Shown: positions 28,351 through 42,454 of the stretch, in pieces
Numbering within the stretch: position 1 is the first letter of the stretch
Layout of the letters: each line of letters starts with the position of its first letter
NCBI RefSeq assembly: GCF_009914755.1
Contig: NC_060931.1
Direction: 5' to 3' (one strand)
Source: the human T2T-CHM13v2.0 reference genome, Homo sapiens
Length of the DNA stretch: 64,000 nucleotides
The notes under the pieces: generated by a model
Told to the model about the DNA's origin: nothing
The model's database searches: none
What the model saw: only the letters and a program-made list of their open reading frames with translations
Position numbers and translations under genes: made by a program

Positions 28351-31300
28351 TGTAAAGTGTATAGCATTCAAGAAGCAACAGATGCTATGAACTCCAGTGA
28401 CATGTTCAAGATTATACTTACCTTTGATTTCATGTACATACCCACATTTTACACATATGGAGTAGTGTCTTCTCTGCTTCTTTTACCAAGTTTCTGTGGA
28501 TTCCTTTTGTTTGTCATAAGGAACGTAGTGCTCTAAAACAAGTTTTTAAAATGTAATGGAAACCGTTGCTCCATTTTAATTTTCATTTTTATCTCTCTCT
28601 GACACACAGAGCACACACAAACATATACATGGACACACACACACCTCCCCTTTCCCAACATGTCCAGAACTTGATGATAGCAGAAACTTGGGCATATGAT
28701 TAGCCATGTCCCCCTTGGCAAATCTAATTACTTAATTGAATATCATTATTGAAAGATTTATAAATCTTTTACATAAATAACAGTGGAATAAAAGCAAATA
28801 AACTAAATAATGCTAGTCAGCAAAGAAAAAAGTGGTGATGGGTCATTTTGCAAAGACTCTCTGTATTAAAATCTAGATTTGCATATTTTTAAGGTAGTAA
28901 GAAACAGTAAATCCATTGCTAACTTTCAAGCATCACATTATTGACTTTTAAAAATAATTTTCTCTTCTTTTTTCCCTGAAGATAAGTCCCATAGACTCAG
29001 CATGGTCTAAAATGTGTAAAACTACCTTGTCAAGTACTGTTATTATCTCTATCATGGGTTTTCTTGTTTGCAGAAATTTTTTAGGTTAAATTCTATCCTG
29101 CATGCAAATTTTTCTAAAAGGAGTTTTTTATTCTAGTTCTAAAAAAGGGTGAGTGCCCTTCTCAGCATATATTCCCAGCATTCTTAGGGTAAATTATTTT
29201 TGACTTGTGTCCCTATGTGACATTCCTAATAAAAAAATTTCTGAATTTCAAGAGTTTCAAGTGACATAGTTTCAGACTAAGTTTCTAAATAACTAACATG
29301 ATCTAAAATTTAGCAGTTCTCAAGCCACTTTTACAGTATTGTCTCTTCGATCCTCATGAATACATTAGAACTCTACAAATTGAGAAATATTTATTTTTTC
29401 TCATCAAGTTAACAAATTTATTCCTTAAACGTGTGTTGAATCGATACTATAGGGCAGGTCTTTCATTAAATGCTGGAAATGAGATGAACAAAATATAGTC
29501 CCTGACTTCCTGAATTTCAGGATGTAGAAGAAAACAAAGAATTACACTCACCATGTCAATTGCTGAAATAAGCCTCACACAGAGGGTGTCAGAAGGGATA
29601 GGACCACAGAGGGAGGGCACCTAACTTGTTAAAGGTAATTTGGAGGGGGAGAAGTGAAGGCTCTCAAGGTACATGTATCTCACCAGACATTATGAAGAAG
29701 TTGGCCAGATAGAAGGGGAAAACATATATTCCAGTCTCTATGTGCCATCATACAATGTCTTCCTTTCTTACTGTCTTTTACTGTTATTCTATATTCCTAA
29801 TAGGCATTTATGAAATATCCCACCAAAAATGGTTTCTCAGTTTTAATTAACTCTTTTCCCTACTTTATCCTTAGTGAGGGAAAAAATTGTCTGAATTCTT
29901 TGTCCCTCAAGGAGTTCCTTCCTTTTCAGACCTTTCCTTTCACTAAATAGAAGTTTAATTTCTTCTTAAACTCTTCGATGTTCATACTTTGCCTCATATG
30001 GTGCTCTGTGTAGATACTTCAGTAGCTTTTAATTAATAATTCTCTGGTACTAGAAGTTTGATCTTTCAGCAAGTAGTTGTTACTACCCTGGGTTCTTCTA
30101 AGAACTCCACATTGCGCCGTTAATATGTAGACTTATTTTAAATTCTCCTTCCTATTCTTAACATTAAATATTCTCAATTAATGGTAACTTAAGAATATCA
30201 AGGCACAAGATTTGCAATAAACAATGCATTTGATAGGTTTTACCTATCATTTAGTGTGCTTTTCACAAGCACTGACATTGACAAGCATTTTAGTAGTTGC
30301 ATGGTCTCCTTCAGCCTCTGTGAGGCAATAAAACACAGGAATGTGCTCTCAACCTTCAAAAGGAAAGCTCAGACAAATAGTATCACTAAACTGCAGTCTA
30401 CATCAGCTTTCCAACCTGTACTTTGTATCATCCTCAATTCATTAAGGTGTGGAGAAAAAAAACAATTCTCCTTTCCATGTTTGTCACAGTTTAAAATTAT
30501 ATTGTTTGTGCAGAACATTAATAATGATAGTTTAATAGTGCATGAATATAATTTATAAACTCAAAAATATACATATGTTGGGTGTATATGCTCAAAATTA
30601 TCCTACAGGCAGGAAGACATGATCCAAACAGTTTGATAATTACTGATCTAATCATAAGCATCTTAAAGATAATTTACAAGTTATATAAAAGGGTCTTTTA
30701 AAATCCCTGTTAATGTTCTTTAAAAGTCTCTGCAAGGCAGTCTTACACAATAACAGGTCACTTCCTCGGGACACAACTGCCTGCTCCTCAGCTCTATGAC
30801 AATTAGGCTCTGATGGCTGGTAGAAATTTCTTTTATCTCAGTGGAGAGCTGGAAACAAAGAGCTAAAATAACTAGAAGCTAAGAATAAGTCTACAGGACC
30901 CCTGATTGTAGCTCTTACATCCAGGCTCTATAAGTAAATCCAGACTTCTTGCTTCCTTTGCAAAATGTAATGTTTTTAGTGATGATAATAAACATGTTTT
31001 TTTAAAAAACCTTTTATTTTCATAAACAAATCATGTTCATTTTAGTCAGCTCAGCCTCTTCAATTTAATTCAAGAACATTTTCCAAGAGCCAATAATTCT
31101 TTAAAAATAAAAAAAGCCAATGTTTTTGTTATGAAACTACCAGTGATGTTTTAAATGAAAACAATATTAAATTGTTTCTGTCATTTTCATAAGTTGAAAT
31201 TATATTTTAACTGAAAAGATATCATTAAAGTAATTTATTAACATTATATGGCTTTATCAGTATTTGTAATGAATTGAGCACATCTCGGGGACAATAATAA

Positions 31301-32242
31301 ATGCTTTGTACCTGTTTTCTGTCTCGTTTCCCACTACAGATTCCCAAACAACAACCCATTAGAACATTGGAACATTAGAAGAATGTTAGAACAACCCATT
31401 AGAACATTGGGAGACTATGTACACTTATTTTTATATTCTCCTTCCTATTCTTAACATTAAATACTCTCAATTAATGTTATGTTGAGAATATCAAGGCACA
31501 TTTGTGGAATTTAGAGTTTTAGACAAAAGATAGTTAACATTTTTTGTTGTTTTTAGAAACCTGTAGGAAATTAGCTAATATGTCTATTTTGTCTTAATGT
31601 AGTAGAGGAAAAATATTACTCTTGTAATTTGGGATATACTGTGGGAAAATAAGTCGTGATTTAGTGATGGAGAAAGTGTAGAACTTCAGTTTAGGTGTGT
31701 ATTACTCCCACAACATAGCCCAGAAGTTCCTCTTTATATCTAATTGCTAACATCATTATTGCATACTATCTACATTTTTTTCCTTCGTCATTTTTCTCCT
31801 AAAAAAAGAAAATCCCAATCTCCTTAAAAGACACTGGTCATTTGAGGTTACTCTTTAATCAAGATATGGTTGAACTTGGCAGGACCCAAAATGTTCTAAA
31901 ATGCTGGAATTGCTGGTTCATTTGCAAAATTACAAAACAATTCTATTTCCTACCAGCAAATTAGCACTGTGAGAGATTTCCAAGTCCTAGTAGTGAGCTA
32001 TAGGCTTGCATTATATCATGCCTAAGAAGATGTATATCATCATCATCAGTACTTAAGCCTTTAGTAAGCTATCAAAATATGGCACTATGCTACATGAAAA
32101 TCAACTTGGTTCCTCTCTTCTGATAAGTAACAGAATGCTTTATATTTAAAATGATTGCTTTCTATTAAACTGTAATACATGAAGTTGTTTTGAAACATGA
32201 CATTTGTATAGTAACTTTGAAATCTTTGATTTAAAATTGCAG

Positions 32243-32365
32243 CTGATGTTCTGAGCGAAGAAGCAATACTGAAATGGTATAAGGAAGCACATGTTGCTAA
32301 AGGCAAAAGTGTTTTTCTTGACCAGATGAAGAAATTTGTTGAGTGGTTACAAAATGCAGAAGAAG
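32243..32365 (+). CDS. BZW2: BZW2 coding exon (123 nt): [41 protein letters not shown] (W2 acidic/aromatic boxes)
   Basis: tgcag|CT and G|gtatga; the motifs EEAILKW and [11 protein letters not shown] are typical of eIF5/eIF2B-epsilon/eIF4G W2 domains. Confidence 0.96.
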
Positions 32366-32770
32366 GTATGATTCTGTTTACAAACATTGATGACCTTTAA
32401 ACACTGTCTCATTATATGTCAAAATATTTACCTCTTCCACAGATTTTACTTGATTTTCTAAAACTAAAATTCTAGAGTTATCTTTCGTATCAAACATTTT
32501 GCCAACATCTTAGCTTTCCTTTCTGAAATCACGGCAATAAAAATCTCTACATGTAAAAACAAAGAAAGAAATGAAATGCTTAAATTATCCACTCTGATGG
32601 AGGACAATAAGGAAGAAATGATTAGTAGATGTGAAAGGAGAAAAATACATTTAGCTTAATCACGCATTATGGAATTCTATAGATTTTTATGACACCTTTA
32701 CCAATTAACTGGCAATTTTAAATAATGGAAATATAAAGTGGAAGGATAATAATGAGTAAGAGTGAATTCA

Positions 32771-33398
32771 GGCCAGGTGTGGTGGCTCACACCTGTAATC
32801 CCAGCACTTTGGGAAGCAGAGGTGGGTGGATCACCTGAGGTCAGGAGTTTGAGAGCAGGCTGGCCAACATAGTGAAACCCTGTCTCTATTAAAAACACAA
32901 AAAAATTAGCCAGGTATGGTGGCTCACGCCTGTAGTCCCAGGTACTCGGGAGGGTGAGGCAGGAGAACCACTTGAACCAGGAGGCAGAGGTTGCAGTGAG
33001 CCAAGATTGCGCCACTGCACGCCAGCCTGGATGACAGAGCAAGACTCCATCTCGATAAATAAATAAATAAAGTGAATTCAATTAAGAATAAAAAGTTCAG
33101 GCCAGGCACGGTGGCTCACGCCTGTAATCCCAGCACTTTGGGAGGCCAAGGCGGGCAGATCATGAGGTCGGGAGATCGAGACCATCTTGCCTAACACAGT
33201 GAAACCGTGTCTCTACTAAAAATATAAAAAATTAGCCGGGCATGGTGGTGGGCACCTGTAGTCACAGCTACTCGGGAGGCTGAGGCAGGAGAATGGCATG
33301 AACACGGGAGGCGGAGGTTGCAGTGAGCCAAGATCACAGCACTGCACTCCAGGCTGGGCAACAGAGTGAGACTCCATCTCAAAAAAAAAAAAAAAAAA
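32771..33398 (+). mobile_element. Two Alus (32771-33069 AluS; 33100-33398 AluY/Sc-like)
   Basis: Consensus; TSDs AGTGAATTCA and AAGAATAAAAAGTT. Confidence 0.92.
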
Positions 33399-33755
33399 GA
33401 ATAAAAAGTTTATCTTAGGTGATCCAAAGAAGAAAAGTTATATTGTTTAATTTTATATATATTCAAATTTTTATATAATTTATATGTATAAATTTAATAT
33501 ATATAAAATGTATTCATTTATAGGTATTTGTATATGTATGCATGTTGCATTTTTAGACAGGCAAAATTTACGTGAAAGCAGAAAAGAGCAAGAGTTTGCT
33601 ATCTGCCCTCATGTGACTATTTTACCTTATAATGGGTGCCTAGGGTAAAAGTATGCTGGTGCAATGGCAGGGTTCTGGGTTGGTGACTGTAGTAACTTTT
33701 GACCTTAATTAGAGGAATCTGGGAGGAAATATCTCACTTCTTTCTTCTCTCCTAG

Positions 33756-33784
33756 AATCCGAATCGGAAGGTGAGGAAAATTAA
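33756..33784 (+). CDS. BZW2: BZW2 last coding segment: ESESEGEEN-stop
   Basis: cctag|AA acceptor and TAA at 33782-33784; the summed exons keep frame to the stop. Confidence 0.93.
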
Positions 33785-33990
33785 ATGGCTCAACAAGCAC
33801 AATACCTAGGTTACCACACACCACTTTTTGATTGGGAATGCTGAACCATTTGAGAAGAGAAACTTGGCTTCTGTTTTCGCAAAGGAAAAAAAAAATAGGA
33901 TAGGCTTCCCTTGTGCAGAGGGAGAAATGGTTTTGTTTTTGTTTTGTTTTTAAATGGAGCCCTGAGGCATCAGCTATTATACTTGGGACT

Positions 33991-33997
33991 CTACCTC
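33991..33997 (+). promoter_or_regulatory. let-7/miR-98 7mer-m8 seed match (CTACCTC)
   Basis: Exact complement of let-7 nucleotides 2-8, located in the 3' UTR. Confidence 0.55.
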
Positions 33998-34193
33998 TCA
34001 CTCACTATATGCTAACTTAAAGCCATTCAACAAGGAGTCAAGTAGATCTGAAATTAAATACTCAACAGACTCCTCCTTTTTTAGCTGTATTTTTCAGGTA
34101 CTGTGTGGTGACCGCCCCACTGGTGTCTATTACAGGCCACTTTGGTAGTTGTGTATCTGCTCATGTATGTGATTTGACAAACCAGTTTTTTAA

Positions 34194-34199
34194 AATAAA
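34194..34199 (+). terminator. Polyadenylation signal AATAAA of BZW2
   Basis: First AATAAA after the stop; a possible alternative ATTAAA is at 34335-34340. Confidence 0.8.
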
Positions 34200-34349
34200 T
34201 GGCTTTTTAAAAATCTGGGCTTATATTGTCAGAGCTTTTATTTCTTTCCTGTACGTGACTTCTTACACAGATAGTATTTTGGTGTTTTTTCTCTTTCCAT
34301 CCACAATACTGAATGGTTATATTTCTTGTCATCTATTAAAAACTATTCT

Positions 34350-34651
<302 letters not shown>

Positions 34652-35262
34652 TCATCTCATGAGTAATACATTTCAGTTATCCTCATGGCAAAGGAGAAGT
34701 TAACCCCCAAATACACGCACATTGGTCTTATTAATAATACCATGGTTATATTATTAATAATTAAGCATATAAATATATGATTCACATGGCTCGTTTTCCT
34801 CAGCACTATTTTCTCCCTAGTTAGAGGAGAGCTAAAGATTTATGTATATAGGTTTAGGTCTTTGTTTATATTTATTTATGGCTAAGTTATTTTATCCTTT
34901 AAGTTATTCTTCTCTCAGTAGTATTCATAACAGTACGAAACATCTGAACATTTAGGAAAACTTTATACAGAAGTCTTTTTTTTTTTTTTTTTTTTTTAAC
35001 TTTTGGAAAGCTTAAGGTACTGCCCTGGTGCTAGGGTGATGGTAATCTCTAAGAAGGAAACATTTTATCTAAGACTTGAAACAAAAGGATGGTACATTAG
35101 TAACCCATGTACTCATTAAGATAAGTAAAAGGAAAATTGTCATTGTTGTATCATCATCCTGTATCTAAAGAGGGTTTTCTGATTTCCTGTTTGTCTTCAG
35201 AAAAGAAAAAATATTTTCCATATGACTCGACCACTATTTATGTTCATAAAATGATAGATCAT

Positions 35263-35974
<712 letters not shown>

Positions 35975-36639
35975 CCTTCCATATATCTAAAAATTGTAAT
36001 TTTGAAGATAAATAATAATTATACCATGAGTGTCTATTAATGTGTTTATTTGAATTGAAAAAATGCAAAATTTTAACTGAAAAATAAACTTGGCCAACTA
36101 AGTTGACACATCCTGACTGCCAGTTAGGATACATGGCCAGCATATTCTATAAACTGAATAAGTTAAATATGCATCTCTAATATACTGACAAAATTTAAAG
36201 ATAAAATATTGAAAACATGCTACAAATGTTATGTCAACTTTTATGTGTTTTTATATGTCAATGTGTAAGAGAGTTATTGCTCCACTTCAGCAGAATATGA
36301 GTAAAAAATGTGAGCCAACAACTTTGTTGGCTCCAGCATTTCCAAGGTAACCAAAAAGCACAGTTATCCAAGGGCTTAGAATGGAACCAACATGGAACTA
36401 GAAGTCTATGGAATACTACTTAACGTTTTCCAGCGCAGAGTATTTTTCCCAAACAAAACTTGAAGTAGTGATTGTAAGGTCGGCACGCATGGGGAGGGGA
36501 GAGGAATGCTCAAACAGCAGGGACTCAGTAATGAATCTTCAAACCAAAAGCCCTGTCTTTCTCTGAAAGACAATTTCCTGTTTTTTGTTTGTTTCTTTGT
36601 TTGTTTTTAAATAAAACCAGTTTCTATTTTAAAAGTAGT

Positions 36640-37162
36640 TAAATTAGTTATCCATTGCCATAGAACAAATTACCCTAACATTTGGCCATTTGGCAGCTTT
36701 AAACAATAAACATATGTGATGCCACAGCTTCTGTGGGTCTGGAATCTGGAATCTGGGACTGGCTTGCTGGGTGGCTTCAGCTCAGCCTCATGAGGTTGCC
36801 GTCAGGCCATGGGCTGGAGTCGCTGTCTTCCCAGGGCTGTAGAATCTGCTTTCAGGGTGACTCACAAGGTTGTTGGTGGACCTCAGTTCTTGCTGACTTT
36901 TAGCCAGAACCTCAACTCAACTGCCTGAGTGACCTCATGACATAATAGCTGGCTTCCTCCAGACTGAGTAATCTGAGAGACAAGGAGCCCAAGAAGGAAG
37001 TCACCTTTAATAACCTAATATGGGAAGTGACATAACATCACTTCTACTATATTCTATTGGTCACGTAGACCAGCCCTGTATAATGTATATGAGAACTGAG
37101 TGAGAGCATGAATACCAGTACATCAGGATAATTTCAGGCCAACTTGGAGACTGGCTACCACA
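36640..37162 (-). mobile_element. MLT1 (MaLR) LTR
   Basis: aacaaattaccctaacatt...tctgtgggtctggaatctgg; ends ggctaccaca. Confidence 0.7.
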
Positions 37163-37211
37163 GTAGTACATACACAAAAATAATATCTGATAAATTAAAA
37201 ATGTTCACCTT

Positions 37212-37513
37212 GCCAGGCATGGTGGCTCACACCTGTAATCCCAACACTTTGGGTGGCCCAGGAGGCTGGAGGAGCCCTTGATCCCTTGAGCCCAACACCA
37301 GCCTAGGCAACACAATGAGACCCCATATCTACAAAAGTTAAACAAACAAACTGGGCATGGTGGCACCACCTGTGGTTCCAGCTACTCTCGAGCCTGGGGC
37401 AGGAGGATTTGCTTGAGACCTGGAGGTTGAGGCTGCAATAAGGTGTGATCATGCTATGCACTCCAGCCTGGGTGACAGAGTGAGACCTTGTCTTAAAAAA
37501 ATTAAAAATTAAA
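37212..37513 (+). mobile_element. Alu (AluJ-like)
   Basis: Diverged Alu consensus. Confidence 0.85.
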
Positions 37514-38121
37514 ATTTTCACCTAATGGTAAAACAATGAAAGCCCTAAAAAAACAGAGAAATGTCTTTATAGCCTTCACATAGAGAAAACAAGACACAAA
37601 AGCAAAAAAAAAAAAAAAGCTCTGAATATAGAAAGTTTAAAATGTGTCTATACTGAAAGGCATATGAATGAGAAACACCAAATGCATACGGGATCAGTAG
37701 AGTTTCAACAGATGGATAAAAATAAAAGTTAATAAAATATAAACAGCTTCTATAAATAAGAAAAAATAAAGAATTTAACTGAAAATATACAGAGTATGAT
37801 GAGTCAATTCAAATGGATAATTAAAATGAAAAGATGCTCAACCTTACTGTTAATTGGAGATGTACAACTTAAAATAATAAAGTCAGAAAAAATTACTAAA
37901 ATCAATAACGTTAGTTGTATGAAAAGTGAGTTATTTTCACATATGGCCTTTACAGTTACAATCTGGCAATAAACATCAAGATTTTAAAAATGCATGTCCA
38001 TTGATCCAGCACTCCATTTCTAGAAATCATTCCACAGTTGTACCCAAAGACCTATGTGCACTGATCACTGTATTAGTGACAGGCTGGTAGATGTAAAATG
38101 TGTATAAGAAAAAAGCCACTT

Positions 38122-38278
38122 GGCCGGGCATGGTGGCTCACACCTGTGATCCCAGCACTTTGGGAGGCCAAGGCAGGTCGATCACCTGAGGTCAGGAGTT
38201 TGAGACCAGCCTGGCGAGCCAAGATTGTGCCATTGCACTCCAGCCTGGGCAACAAGAGAGAAACTGCCTCAAGAAAGA
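38122..38278 (+). mobile_element. Internally deleted, monomer-sized Alu
   Basis: Left arm joined to the right-arm 3' end at 38215/38216. Confidence 0.85.
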
Positions 38279-38281
38279 ACT

Positions 38282-38449
38282 GAAGGAAAGAAGGAAGGAA
38301 GGAAGGAAGGAAGGAAGGAAGGGGAGGGAGGGAGGGAAGAAGAGAAGAAGGAAGGAGGGAAGGAGGGAGGAAGGAAGGAAGGAGGGAAGGAAGGAAGGAG
38401 GGAAGGAAGGAAGGAAGGAAGGAAGGAGGGAAGGAAGGAAGGAAGGAAA
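38282..38449. repeat. (GAAG)n/(GGAG)n polypurine microsatellite
   Basis: Read directly; occupies the Alu tail position. Confidence 0.95.
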
Positions 38450-40744
38450 CGACTACCTTAAAAATTATCATAAATCTATATCATGAAACAAATTTTTTTT
38501 TTTTTTTGCTGTGAAACAAATTGCCCTAACATTTAGCAGCTTTAGACAATAAACATTTTTTAAACATTTTTTCTGCCATAGTTTCTGTAGGTCAGGAATC
38601 TGGAAGCAGCTAAGCAGGGTGGTCCCATGATATGCATTTCTAATCTATGACTCGAACAGTTTTAGAATACTACTTGACATTTTCTAGCACGAAGTATTTT
38701 TCCCAAACAAAACTTGAGATAGCGATTTTAAGTTAAGGTAAACTAAAAAAGATGTTAATAATATATTGTTCAAGGAAAAATGCAAGTTTTAAAGAATGTT
38801 TTTTTCATCAAAAAAGTTATGTGTATGTATACCTTACCCTTATAAATACATAAAAGAGAAAATATTATCTAATAATTGTTATAAATGTTATTTCTGCATG
38901 TATCTTGGACAGTGATGGGACGAAGAAAGGGAAATAATAATTTTTCTTTTTACTCTTCACACCTATTTAGATTTCTTTAGAGTATCTGATACATTCATAA
39001 TTTTAAAATTAATGTGCTTATTCTATATTATTTTTATATCCTGCTCCTTAATCATACTCTGTATTTTTACAATATCAATAACTATTCTTCAAAAACATGA
39101 TTTTTGAACATGTCATTGTTCTTGGTCCAGAAGGGTCACAATTTATTTAATTATTCCAGAATTCTGTATAAGGTATCTTTAACTTTTTGCTTTTAAAAAC
39201 TAGCATTTAAAATATACCTTTATATAAATTTTTCTTCATCTATGGTTATTTAGAAAAAACATGGAATTTGGCTTAAAGGGTTTGAACATTTTAACACAAT
39301 GTGATGTCACTTTCTGGATTTGCATGTATACTTTTAAATACATTTTACTCCCATTTTGGGCATAGTTCAAGGCAGTATCATTTCAGTAAGAAATTTAAAA
39401 TTATGTTAGTGTCTAAAAATAGAACGCTACACTTCGAAACTTCTGGAATTCAGCAGTTTCCAATTTGCAAAATTTTGTTGGGGTAGAGGGAAATAAAAAT
39501 CTTTCATTTGCAAACCAAGAAACCAACAATCGTGAAACATATCATGTCTTGCATAGTCATAGAATTGTTTGGCTTGAGACAATGTGCGTCCCATTACTAA
39601 TTTCTAAAACACCTCCCAGCTCATGCTGATTCAGTGTTTCTGACCACATCTTCTCTGAACTAATGGTAATTATTTCCTTTCTGCTCTCTGTACTTTTGAG
39701 AAATGATAGACTTCAAAGTCCCTCCTGGTATACCCTACACCCGGTATATACCTTGGTACACCTTTTCTTGTGGAATAAATGGGTGTAAAATGTTTCTTCC
39801 ACATAAAACACCTTTTTAGAACTAATCTTTGCATGATTGAAACCTTTACATCTTGGTTTTATGTGCGTTTTAACTATTTTATTGACATACAACATATAGA
39901 AAAGTGCATCTAAGTCTTTGGCTTGAATGGAAATAGCACACCTGGGTAATCAGCGATCCAGTGAAGAAATTGAACGTTAGCCTCCTCCTACCTCTCCCAA
40001 CCCCAGCCTCCACCCAAGAAATCATGATCCTGGATTATTTTTGCCTGTGTTTGAAATGGATGCATTTAATATTATTTTGTTAATGTCTTCTTTTACTCAA
40101 CCTTGTTTTACCTTTTTTGTTGTTCTTTGTGTTTAGTTGTTTTCTGGTGTGTGATTAAGTAGCCACAGTTGACCTAGCAACAATAATGCCCAGCTCCTTC
40201 AGCAGGAACAGGTGAAATGAGAACATTATTTTTTAATGAGCCTGAATGTTGCACTATGTTCTTGGCAGAGAATAATTTCTAGGTACATATCTGTTTTTCA
40301 GAGATAATCTTTGGAGCACATGGTTTTCCTCATCATAAAAAAAAAAAATCATCCGTGTCTTCTCTGGAAAAGTAGTCACATCTTTATGGGCAAGATAGAT
40401 TTTTTTTAATGAAATCATAAACGACTGTGGCTTCAGTCCTTTGGACTTCTTCCCACATTTGACTTTTGCTGCTGTTGTAAGTGAAGGGGTAGAGATAGGA
40501 ACTTGGAATTGATTGGCTTGAGTGCGAAGACCCCATTCTGCCATTTAATTTGCTGTTAAACTAATTAGCTAGTCACTTAACTCTTGGTATTTACTTTGCT
40601 TAATTGTAAAAATAAGAGCTTGGACAGGATTCAGCCTTGAACCAATAGTGTGAGCCACCCAAAGTAATCTGCAAAACTCTGTTTTCATCAGATAGTCAGT
40701 GGTCTGTGACCTAAGGAAAGTAAAATATGACTGGGCTACCTTGC

Positions 40745-40912
40745 TGATCCTCAAACTTCAGCATGCATCAGGATCACCCAAGGGTTTGTTACAGTTGATT
40801 GCACCCCTGCCAGCCTGTGTCTGACTCAGTAGGGCTGGGGTCTAAGGATTTGCATTTCTAACAAGTTCCCGGATGACACTATTCTGTGTCAGAACCACAC
40901 TTGGAGAACTGC
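40745..40912. mobile_element. MER5A-like DNA transposon (MIR remnant just upstream)
   Basis: ctcaaacttcagcatgcatcagg...tttgcatttctaacaagttccc. Confidence 0.7.
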
Positions 40913-41116
40913 GGGGCCGAATGGTTACTAAGCTCCATTTCTGTGCTGACTTTCTGAAGTCCGTTATGTCTTCAGTTAAGGAGACAGATTGTATTTTGTT
41001 CAACTCTGTATCTGCAATTGCCATATAGCGTAGCACATAGCTTGGCAGGAAGTTGGTGTCCCGTAAAGTTCGAATGTCTAAGTGAGTGAATGTGCGTTAA
41101 GAAGAATACCTTTTTA

Positions 41117-41459
<343 letters not shown>

Positions 41460-41739
41460 CTAAATTTTTCCTATACCTTCTTTAACAAGTTCAGCATTGG
41501 AGCCACAGCCTGACTGCTACTTCATGAGAATTTGGATTAATGCACTAAACAACGACACATCATTATTGATTGTGTCATTCCCTGGAACAGAGCCAATACA
41601 CTGTGGGCCCATAATTTATTTATAAAATACTCCTGACACTTTCTCTTATTATTTGTTTTCAAAGGAAGCAAAAAGAACTTTACTGTGAGGATTGTCTAAC
41701 CAGGCTCTGTAACAATGCCAATTATTCTTTTTTAAAAGT

Positions 41740-42005
41740 TGTTACAAATTTTTATATATTTAGGGAGTACAAGTGCAGATTTCTTAGGTGCATAGATTGT
41801 ACAGTGGTGAAGTCTGGGCTTTTAGTGTACTCACTACCCAAATAGCATACATTGTACCCGACAGGCAATTTCTCACCCCTCAGTCCCACCCCTGCCTTTC
41901 GTAGTCTCCAGTGTCTATTCTTCTACTCTATGTCCCTGTGTGCCCATTGTTTAGCTCTCACTTGTGAAAGTGAAAACATGTGATATTTGACTTTCTGCTT
42001 CTGAG
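41740..42005 (-). mobile_element. L1 3'-end fragment (L1PB/L1MA-like)
   Basis: gtacaagtgcagatttc...agtggtgaagtctgggcttttagtgta. Confidence 0.65.
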
Positions 42006-42067
42006 GGTTTTTTCCCATAAAATCCTAAAGTTTTTTTTTACTTTTTAAGTATTTTCAAGTATTTTTA

Positions 42068-42454
<387 letters not shown>

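Larger units (their letters stand above)
33785..34220 (+). other. BZW2: BZW2 3' UTR (end approximate)
   Basis: Lies between the stop codon and AATAAA; U/GU-rich sequence follows downstream. Confidence 0.75.

Noticed and set aside
38073-38471. PSFL- and EGRK-repeat ORFs (also 60013-60300)
   Set aside because: Translations of GAAG/TTCC microsatellites.
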